A stretch of 64,000 nt of DNA from Octopus sinensis (lineage: Eukaryota), in assembly GCF_006345805.1 (NCBI RefSeq), contig NC_043005.1:42284001-42348000 (forward strand), given 5' to 3'. The position numbers and the translations under genes were made by a program. The notes below the pieces were generated by a model. It worked only from the letters and a program-made list of their open reading frames with translations. It did not search any database and was not told the DNA's origin. Below are positions 53,109 to 64,000 of this stretch, piece by piece. The stretch's first letter is position 1, and the number at the start of each line of letters is the position of its first letter.

Positions 53109-53592
53109 TAGATATAGATATAGATATAGATATAGATGTTAATGTTTGATTTCATTTGTTCGTGTTTGCATATGTGTGAATGTGTGTGCGCGCGCACGTT
53201 TCTCCCTCGCAGCCTCTGTACAATCAGTGATGATTTGTTTATGTTTCCATAACCTAGTGGTTCGGCGTAAAGAGAGTAAGTACCAGACTTCAGAAACTAA
53301 AACGCGGATTCGATTTGCTTGTTTGAATCCTTCATGACCGCAGTCCAGTGACTGAAACAAAATGATAAATTCAAAAATTATACAAAATTTTTTCTTCCCT
53401 CTTTTCCCCAGAAGGTACCACGTGATCATATTCTTTCTGAAACCATCCTTATTTAGCTTGACCGTTCGTTTGATTAGTTAAGTTTTCTTTTCAGCTCCTG
53501 TCTAAGGTCATGAATTTAATTCCAGTTCATTATTTGCCTACTTTTACTTGCTTTTCAATACATACATACATTCATACATACATATATACATA

Positions 53593-54725
53593 TATTCCAT
53601 TATTGTTTTTTTTTTTTTTTTTTTATATCTGTCCCTTTTGCTGTCCTGGTGTTCGTATGCATTCGATCCTTCTTCCAGGAAATCTACGCTTCCAGCTTAG
53701 TTTTTCTAATGCTCGTTGCTTAGTTTTTCTTGGAGGGCTGGCGTGATCTAGTAATCTCAAGATTAATCAGCCGAATTTACGATGATCCGGTTCTTGACTG
53801 AAGACTGAGGGGTTCGAATGTCCTGTCCATGCTTATTGTATCGTCTTCTAAGAGTTATACGTTCTTGCCCATGTTGTATTTTTCTACATACCTTAATATA
53901 TTCCAGGCGCCCGTACCCCCTTATCATTAATGTGAACACATATTCTAATAATTGGTACGACTCTCTGTTTGTCTCTCTCTCTCTCTCATTTTTACTTGAT
54001 CTGTCCCCCTCTCTCTCTCTTTTCTCTCTATCATCTTCTCTTTCCTCTGATCCTTTGGTCTAGTCTTCCACTACCCTCCTATTCTTTGTCTCGCTCTGCA
54101 CTCACAGGTCATTCTTCGACACCCATCCCTTCTCCTCTCTGATTCCTTCTTTCTCTCTCTTCTCTCTCTTTGTTGCGTTTTGTCCCCCTTCTCTCTCTCT
54201 CTTCCTTTGCTTCTCTTTCTTTTTTTCCCTCTTCTCTGTCACGTGACTGTTGGCCGAAATCTGCCTTTCAGCTCCTGACCCTCGTCGTGTTAACAACGTT
54301 GTTTTCGTCCGCCGCTATAAAGGCTTTTTCCAATGCGCCAGAGAAAAATTTGTTTGCTTGTTATCAGTCGTAAGACACTTGTTGTTTTCACCGTTAATGC
54401 TTCTGTATTTCATGTTTCTGTATTCCATTATTGTTTTTTTTTTTTTTTTTTTTTTTTATATCTGTCCCTTTTGCTGTCCTGGTGTTCGTATGCATTCGAT
54501 CCTTCTTCCAGGAAATCTACGCTTCCAGCTTAGTTTTTCTAATGCTCGTTGCTTATTTTCTTGGAGGGCTGGCCGTGATCTAGTAATCTCAAGATTAATC
54601 AGCCGAAATTACTACGATGATCCGGTTCTGACTGAAGACTGAGGGTTTCGAATGTCCTGTCCATGCTTATTGTATCGTCTTCTAAGAGTTATACGTTCTT
54701 GTCCATGTTGTATTTTTCTACATAC

Positions 54726-54727
<2 letters not shown>
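53593..54727 (+). mobile_element. Non-coding element with ~300-bp direct terminal repeats (pLTR-like), 828-bp period, ending at (TA)n
   Basis: 53593-53893 closely matches 54421-54727; pyrimidine-rich interior; terminal motif shared with 16801-16937. Confidence 0.7.
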
Positions 54728-56080
<1,353 letters not shown>

Positions 56081-56611
56081 AACAAATCAACTCCAGCACT
56101 TATTTTTTGTACACCTATTACTTATTATATAGGTCTCTTTTGCCGATTCGTTAATTTACGGGAAGTAAACGCACCAACATCGGTTGTCAAACGATGGTGG
56201 GGTTACAAACACAGAAACACACAAACACGCACACACACACACACACACGCACACACAGACACACATACACTCTCACACCCACGCACAGAAACACAGAAAC
56301 ACGCACACACACGCGCGGTCGCACGCACACACACCAACACACACACACTCTCACACCCACGCACACACCCACACACAAACACACACAAATATACACATAT
56401 ATACGATAGGCTTCTTTCAATTTCCGTCTACCAAATCGACTCGCAAGACTCTGGTCGGCCCGAGGCTACGTATATACATATCTATATACTTATATAGATA
56501 GATAGCTAGATAGATACACATATATGAATACACACACACATACAGACATACATATACTTAAATATATATACAGGGTTGGCCAAAAGTTACCTGACAGTAA
56601 ATCAAAAACGA

Positions 56612-56644
<33 letters not shown>

Positions 56645-56647
<3 letters not shown>

Positions 56648-56716
56648 CTTCCAATTTTGAGAGAACCAATTTCTTCCTTCTTAGAGTTACTTTCGCACAA
56701 GCCCGTCGTATATATG

Positions 56717-56749
<33 letters not shown>

Positions 56750-57263
56750 GTATGTTTGTGTGTCTATCTTGTCCCCCTCAACATCACTTGACATCCGATG
56801 CTGGTGTGTTTACGTCCACGTAACTTAATGGTTCGGCAAAAGAGACCAATAGAATAAGTACTAGGCTTACAACGAATAAGTCCTAGGGTCGATTTGATCG
56901 AGTAAAGGCGGTGCTCCAACATGGCCACAGTCAAATAACTGAAACAAATAAAAGAGTAAAAGAGTACTATTTTTCCCCTTTTGTCGCATATATTTTCCTG
57001 TTACCCTTTTTACCGTCCGGTCAAGGGACAACTTTTCGTTTGTCGCACGTGCCTTATTCCGTCCTTTATGTTCGGTCATCATTGCCCCCTAGCAGGTTAT
57101 TATTGTTGACGCAGATAAATTGAACAATATTATCACAAGGGCATCGAAATTGTGATGACTTTTGGTCGATAACTGATTAAGGATGTGCGAGTCAACGTCC
57201 TTTGCGTGTGTATGTGCGTGTGTTTGTGTGTGTAGATAGATAGACAGACAGATAGACAGTTAG

Positions 57264-57301
<38 letters not shown>

Positions 57302-57330
57302 CATACATACATACTTATATACATAGATAA

Positions 57331-57410
<80 letters not shown>

Positions 57411-57912
57411 GCATATCGTTCAGTAGCAGGATTTGTTAGAATCTAGGAATTTCAGCAGGATTAACTGAGTACGTAGTATTAAACCTGCAAGTTGAGGCAA
57501 CATACAATTGTTCTTCGTTGGCGATGGCGGATTGCTGCCATGATATAATCTAAGGACGCAGCAACAAAAAACCCAACTTGTGTTCTTCTTTACACACACA
57601 CACACACACACACATGCACACACACAAACACACACACACACATTTAGTTCAGGTGGGAGATGAAATGCAGTTAATAGCATCATGAAGAAGCGGCATTTAA
57701 TACAGAAATGCACACCAAGATGCAAGAATCTTGCAGAAACATATGATTCATTGCAGAAAAAAACTGGATATATAAATTTCTGCTCAAATTAATTATTAAT
57801 ATACTAGCGGAAATACCCGGCGTTGCTCGGGACTAATATGGCATAGTTCATGGTTTTTTTTATTCTTTTACTTGTTTCATTCATTTTACTGCGGTCATGC
57901 TGCAGCACGCCT
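56645..57912. repeat. Local duplication, copy 2
   Basis: Starts after (TA)n and ends at (TA)n plus the HH-A element. Confidence 0.9.
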
Positions 57913-57929
57913 TTATATATATATATATA

Positions 57930-58132
57930 AATCCATCGGTAGCTTCTGCACGCATTCTTTTTCTCTCCTTGTTTCTCTCCGTGTTTCTTTTCTGTGTATC
58001 TTTCTGTTGAAGAGCGTAGGCTCGAAACGTAAAAGACTTGTTTTATTTATATTCCTGAGCGCCATACTAATACAATTGTTTGTTTGTACTCCACCTGCCT
58101 TCGTCTTTTGTTTATTTTCATAAAGCTCCGTT
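57930..58132 (+). mobile_element. ~200-bp PLE-like terminal element (family HH-A) between (TA)n tracts
   Basis: Close match to the reverse complement of 38793-39000. Confidence 0.75.
57999..58036 (+). ncRNA. Minimal hammerhead-like motif with CUGUUGA core
   Basis: UCUUU/AAAGA helix I, GAGC-GUAG-GCUC helix II, GAAA, loop-less palindromic ACGU helix III, GUA triplet. Confidence 0.65.
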
Positions 58133-58142
58133 TATATATATA

Positions 58143-58210
<68 letters not shown>

Positions 58211-58411
58211 ATATTATATATATATTATATATATTATTATATATTATATATATTATACCACGCATAATCTAAACGGCCATGAATCAGATAGTCTTAGGAA
58301 GGACCTTATAGCTTTCTTTCAAAGGATGGGCTTACGGATTACGATAGATGCTAACCTGAATAGTGTAGATTTTTTAGATGTAAATTTTAATGTAAGATCG
58401 GATAGATTTAA

Positions 58412-59341
58412 CCTTTCCGTAAGCCCAATGAAAAGCTATCGTATATTAGCAAAGATTCGAACCATCCACCAGTTATCCTTAGCAACTTAGTCAGCAATGT
58501 AGGTAGAAGAATATCTTCAATTTCTTCGGACGAGGCAGCATTCCATAATGCTGCACCTTATTACGATAGCGCATTAAAGAATAGTGGATTCTCGGAGAAG
58601 ATCCAGTTCAACCAGCTTAATGCTAATAATAATGCTGCACGAAGAACTAGGACCAGGAAAGTTTTGTGGTTCAACCCGGCTTTCAATTTGGCCGTAAAGA
58701 CTAATATAGGTAAGGAATTTTTGAGATTAGTCTCTAAGCATTTTAAGCAAGGTCATAAATTCTACAGAATATTTAATAGAAGAACCCTGAAGGTTAGCTA
58801 TTATTGTTGCAGAAATTTCGCCTCTTACATTAGCCAACATAATAGGAAGCTAATTGAGATTAGACATGGTGCCGAGCCCATTAAGAAATGTAATTTCAAA
58901 AACGAAAGCTCCTGTCCGTTAGAAGGGAAATGTCTAGTGAAAGGAGTAGTTTATAGAGCCAAGGTGCAAGTGGAAGGCTCATCGGAATACAAGACATACA
59001 CAGGGGCTTCAGAAAATTCATTTAAAACAAGATTTTATTCTCATAAGAATTCTTTTAAATACCCAGAGAATAGGAAGAAAACCAGCCTAGCAAAATATGT
59101 CTGGGAACTAAAAGAAAAGGAAGCCCCACCTTTCAACGTGACATGGAGCATTCTGGACAGGGCGGCACCATACAGGCATGGAGCTTACAAATATAATTTC
59201 AAGTGCAGGCTTTGCTTATTAGAGAAAATGCACATCTTATTCAAAGACAATAATTTTTTGAATCAAAGAAGTGAGTTAATGAACTTATGTAGGCACGCGG
59301 CTAAATTTAAAATGTCGAATATAAATATACCATATGGATAG
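58412..59341 (+). pseudogene. PLE pol C-terminal reading frame (RT thumb + GIY-YIG endonuclease)
   Basis: Stop-free frame: SNHPP..RRISSISSDE..RKVLWFNPAF..CPLEGKCL..VVYRAKV..YTG..FKTRFYSH..CRLCLLEK..NQRSELMNLCRH; VDFLDVNF lies upstream in another frame (shift near 58410). Confidence 0.9.
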
Positions 59342-60361
59342 AGTATATATTTTGTATTTTGATTTTTGATTTTGATTTTGACTCTTGAGCACTACGACGA
59401 ATCTATAGCAAAGTCTTATTGTTTCTACATATATATTAGGAAAAACCTACAAACTTTGTTTTCATGTTATTGTATTGCATAGGATTACCTTGATTATTTA
59501 TATTACCTTAATTATTTATAAATGACCCAAAATAGGATGTTATATTTTATTTTATATGTCTTTCGTATATATTTTTATTAATGCACCTATTTTTTAAAAG
59601 CAATGTTTTTTTTAAAAAAAGCAATGTTGTCAAAATTAGAATGTTTATATAAGTATGTGTATAGCAAAGCATATGTATTTGTAAGCATGCGTATCTGTGT
59701 ATGTGTAAGTGAAAGTATGCTTGTGCTTAAGCACGCATACACACGACGGTATGTATATGTATCAATTCAAACTTGTGTATGTATACTGGCCTCTATAGAT
59801 GCAATAACATCGCTACAAGTTTTTTCCACCCCTCCTTCGTTCCTTTTTCTCTCTTTCCCTTTCTTCTTTCGTTCCCCCCCTTGTGCTCAGTATATGAGAA
59901 TTGCTACATAGATGAATTTAGCTTGCGTGCGAGACGGTTTGCGTGAATATATGTACACATGCTTTTATGTGTATAATTTAGATTCATATTCATAACGTCT
60001 GTATATGTATGTATGGCGTTTACGCGCATCCTTTTGTGTATGTTGATATATATTATGTGGATTTTAATATAATATGTATTGCAGTATTTATAACAGGTTT
60101 AATTTCTATGCATTAATTTGTACTGTCTTCATTAACGGCAATAGGTTTTTCCTCGGTTTTTTCCTCGGATTTTATAATTTTATAATTTTTATAAGTTTTT
60201 TTATATATATATATACATATTATTTTTGACCTTTTTGTTTATCGCTCGAAGATTGACCGTTTTTTCTAAAGGGCCAATCAAACAAGTCCATTTCTTTTTA
60301 AAGGTGTAGCGTTTGTAAGAGTATAGATTGAATTAATATATAAGTTCCATTCTAGCAAAAA

Positions 60362-60399
60362 CTGTCTGATGAACGGCAACGAGAAACTCAGAGTAACAG
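60362..60399 (+). ncRNA. Minimal type I hammerhead ribozyme motif
   Basis: CUGU|CUGAUGA|ACG-GCAA-CGA|GAAA|CUCAGAG|UA|ACAG; canonical core, one mismatch at the base of helix II. Confidence 0.8.
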
Positions 60400-60491
60400 A
60401 TTTTGTTGAATTTTCTGCTGCTTAAAATAAAGTATATATATATATATACATATATACCCCAAAAATAAGCAACAAGAGTGGATCCGGTAAT

Positions 60492-60545
<54 letters not shown>

Positions 60546-60917
60546 TACACATATATATACACCCCCCCCACACACATATATATATATATATAATATATAT
60601 ATATGCATATATGAGTGTGTAAGCATGCGTGTGGTGAATTTTTAGAAAGAAAGCAAGAGAAAAAAGAAAAGAAAGAAAGAAAGAAAGAAGGAAAGAAAGA
60701 AAAAAAGTAGGCGGTGTCTTTCCTGGGGTGGCTGAAATTAATGACAGGTTAAAGAGGTCGAATTATTTTAATTGCAATAAATTTCTTTTTGCTATTGTGC
60801 GACTGACAAAACTTTTTGGTCAGTTGTTACGTTACCCAGCTGTAGAAAATAGATTCTACCAAGTTGCTTTGGAAGGTTTTTAAGTGCATGCGTGTATGCC
60901 CATGTGTTTTTGTGTAT

Positions 60918-61145
60918 TCTGGCAGAAACGTTAGCAAGCCGGGCGAAATGCTTTGTGTTATTTCGTCCGCTGCTGCGTTCTGAGTTCAAATTCCGCCGAG
61001 GTCGACTTTGCCTTTCATCCTTTCGGGGTCGATAAATTAAGTACTAGTTACGCACTGGGGTCGATGTAATCGACTTAATCTGTTTGTCTGTCCTTGTTTG
61101 TCCCCTCTATGTTCAGCCCCTTGTGGGCAATAAAAAAAAAAAAAA
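60918..61145 (+). mobile_element. SINE family B (long-tail monomer, A-tailed)
   Basis: CTGGCAGAAACGTTAGCA..GAGTTCAAATTCCGCCGAGG..GTGGGCAATAAAAAAAAA. Confidence 0.9.
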
Positions 61146-61454
61146 GTTATGTATGTGTGCATGTGTGTTCGTGAGTGTGTGTTCAAGCTTATGCCTGTGA
61201 GATAGTGTGTATTGTGTGTTGGCTGTTAAGTGAGTTTTTTTTTTTCTTCAGTAATTTTAGTAATCGTAATTAGAACATTATTAATAAAAATAATCATGGG
61301 TAATCTGGTTTGGTTTCGTCACGAAAAAGCAAAGTTTCTTTTAATTCTTAAGACATCCACAATATAGATATATATTTCTTCCGGTTATTTCTCCATGTTG
61401 AGCCGTTAATCTCTATACATCTTTTCTCTCACCGTTTTTTTTGTTTTCTTAACT

Positions 61455-61897
61455 CTTTTACTCTTTTACTTGTTTCAGTCAATTGATTGCGGCCATGCTG
61501 GAACACCGCCTTTAGTCGAGCAAATCGACCCCAGGACTTATTCTTTGTAAGCCTAGTACTTATTCCATCATTCACTTTTGCCGAATCGCTAAGTTACGGG
61601 GACGTAAACACACCAGCATCGGTTGTCAAGCGACACTAGGGGGACAAATACAGACGCTCAAACACACACACCCACACATATTATATATATATATATATTA
61701 TATATATATATATATATAATTATATATATATATATATACTATACATATATACGATGGACATCTTTCAGTTTCCGTCTATCAAATCCACTCACAAGGCTTT
61801 GGTCGGCCCGAGATATAAGAATACATTTGCCCAAGGTGCCACGCACTGGGACTGAACCCGGAACCATGTGATTGGTAAGCAAGCTACTTATCACACT
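61455..61897 (-). mobile_element. SINE family A, full length
   Basis: Both halves in reverse orientation around a TA/CA tract. Confidence 0.85.
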
Positions 61898-61914
61898 TTC
61901 TTTTTTTTCCCCCG

Positions 61915-62061
61915 TTCTCTCCATTTTTTTCACTCAATCGTTTCCGGCAAAAACTTTAGGCTCGAAACGTCAAATACTTACCCATTCTCCCCGAGCGTCA
62001 AACTAATACATCTACTTGTTCCCTCACTTGTCTTCATCTTTTGTTTCCTGAAATTCTGAAC

Positions 62062-62080
<19 letters not shown>
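61915..62080 (+). mobile_element. Diverged HH-A-family fragment ending at (TA)n
   Basis: TAGGCTCGAAACGTCAAA..CC.GAGCG.CA.ACTAATACA..TCTTTTGTTT shared with 58016-58120; the 5' half of the hammerhead core is degenerate. Confidence 0.55.
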
Positions 62081-62130
<50 letters not shown>

Positions 62131-62198
62131 CATATTATACTGCTGACGTCATAAGAATTATATAAACTATCGTGTGAACGTAATATATTTCTATAGAT

Positions 62199-62636
62199 GA
62201 TGATGGCAATCCCTCAAGGTCGAGAATGATGGTCTTCGCGCAAATTTACTGGTGAGTCCGTTGGTGACCGATAAGACCAATTCTTGCTTGAAAAGATCGG
62301 TCGCAGTGCGGACATCTAGTGCCAGAAGGGAGAGTCGCACGTGGTTGTTGTTGGCGCTCCTTCCGTCGTCGTCTTTTCTCCTCCAGCTCTGCAGACCTTT
62401 TCGACTCGAAAGTCGCCGTTCCCTCATGGATGGTGGTTTTCCAGAGTGGTCTGTTTTTTGGCGTTTCCTCCCAGTTAGTGAAGTCGATGTCACACTTTTT
62501 TGAGGTTCGTTTTCAGGGAGTCCTTGTAGCGTTTCTTCTGGCCTCCTTTTGTACGCTTGCCGTCTTTGAGTTGGGAGTAGAAGATCTGTTTGGGAAGTCG
62601 TTCGTCAGTCATTCTAACCACGTGGCCGCATGGAAG
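62199..62636 (-). mobile_element. 5'-truncated RTE-clade LINE with 12-bp target site duplication
   Basis: [57 protein letters not shown]; one frameshift in an A6 run; (CAT)n tail; ATTTCTATAGAT at 62187-62198 and 62637-62648. Confidence 0.9.
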
Positions 62637-63251
62637 ATTTCTATAGATACTCGTATATATAAGCAATATAGGGTAGTTTCTCTCACATGTAGTTTATTTA
62701 TTTCCAACGGTTAAACTATAAAGAGAAAATATTCGTCTATTCATGTTAAATATATAAAAATAACAAGCAAAGTTGACAATTTAATATAATTAAATGGCGA
62801 GGTGGGCGGTGGATGTCATAATTCCTTAATTATGTCTGTTGTTTTTACGATTAGCTTTGAAGAACAGAATATCTCCCATCATTTTGAATTTTACCAAACT
62901 TTTCAGGGAGTTAAACATATTGCATTTACCTACCCTCTCTGTTGATTTGAGGTCTTAATTACCTTTAAAGGTCATCTTACCAGTAATTTCAAGGAGGTTT
63001 TTCCATCTCACTTTATTTTGAAATATGAGATTCTCACTTATTTGTATTTAATATGGGGATACTTCATCCATTACTACAGAGACAATTTTCCCATTGGACA
63101 ACGTGTACACAACGTAGTGCACATTTATATGTATGTGTGCAACCAAACAGAAAATACCTATACACACACATATACACGCGCGCGTACACACACACACGCA
63201 CCCACATATATATATGTGAGTGCTATATATATACATGCATACATACATACA

Positions 63252-63324
<73 letters not shown>

Positions 63325-63740
63325 AATGTATATTGTATGAATATATGAATAAAAGTGTCTGCACATAACAACCTGTTTCTCTTAGGGGTCACAGGTCAGT
63401 TTTCAGCAAGGAAACCTAAGGTCAAATAAGTTCCAGTCGCGACTATCTTGCCTTTCCTTTGCATAGCAAGGATTGCCGTCCAGGTTAAGATAGAATGATT
63501 GCCAATGTGTGTGTGTGTGTGTATGTGTGTGTGTGTATACGTGTCTATGTGGGGAAACAAAAGTGAGATTTCCGTAAATGTGGCAGAGTTCATATATACG
63601 TTTAAATGCGATGACTCAGTCTGTCGCTGTCTTGACTGAGTATTTTTGGCGCCTGAAGGATTGCGCATAACTACCAAAATACTATCGCTCTCTTCTTACA
63701 CACACACACACGCACACGCACACACACACACATACGCACG

Positions 63741-63771
<31 letters not shown>

Positions 63772-63825
63772 GCACACACACTCTCTCTCTCTCTCACACA
63801 CACACACATACACTTACACAAACAT

Positions 63826-64000
63826 TTTTATTCTCGTTTCACTCATGCTGGAGTACCGCCTTAAAGGGTTTTAGTCGAAGAAATGGATCCCAAGACTTAT
63901 ACTTTGAAAGCTAAGCGCTTATTCTATTATTCTCCTTTGCCGAACTGCGAAGTTAAAGGAACGTAAACTCATCAGGATCGGTTGTCAAACAATGAAGTGG
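63826..64000 (-). mobile_element. SINE family A 3' half (runs off the window end)
   Basis: CATGCTGGAGTACCGCC..TTTTAGTCGA..GACTTAT..TTTGCCGAAC..GGTTGTCAA. Confidence 0.75.

Larger units (their letters stand above)
58258..60435 (+). mobile_element. 5'-truncated Penelope-like element (Nematis-type) with ~1-kb 3' non-coding region and terminal hammerhead, in (TA)n
   Basis: RT end + GIY-YIG coding region, then an AT/pyrimidine-rich segment, hammerhead at 60362, terminus GCTGCTTAAAATAAAG followed by (TA)n; continuity of the non-coding part is inferred. Confidence 0.75.

Noticed and set aside
53745-53830. Hammerhead in the 300-bp direct repeat (CUGAAGA..GAAU; CUCAAGA..GAAA)
   Set aside because: Could not build helices I-III with a valid NUH triplet in any of the three copies

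Overview
AT-rich, microsatellite-saturated eukaryotic DNA with no recognisable host protein-coding gene. It is most likely an octopod cephalopod; this is an inference from the SINE families and the (TA)n/(CA)n/(GATA)n load. Almost all listed ORFs are translations of simple repeats. The real content is mobile DNA: about 35 tRNA-derived SINE copies or fragments in at least three families; an internally deleted L1/Tx1-clade LINE (2.4-4.8 kb); two RTE-clade LINE 3' ends, one with a 12-bp TSD; small Helitrons; and two protein-coding Penelope-like element (PLE) remnants, one Neptune/Naiad-type (49.8-50.7 kb) and one Nematis-type (58.3-60.4 kb). The most interesting signal is a set of short, non-coding, PLE-related elements lodged in (TA)n tracts. 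They form fold-back or tandem structures, and several carry minimal (dimer-type) hammerhead ribozyme motifs, including one family with a shared non-canonical core (CUGUUGA). There is one 100-N assembly gap and a diverged ~1.3 kb local duplication. All calls were made by eye; coordinates of degraded repeats are approximate.
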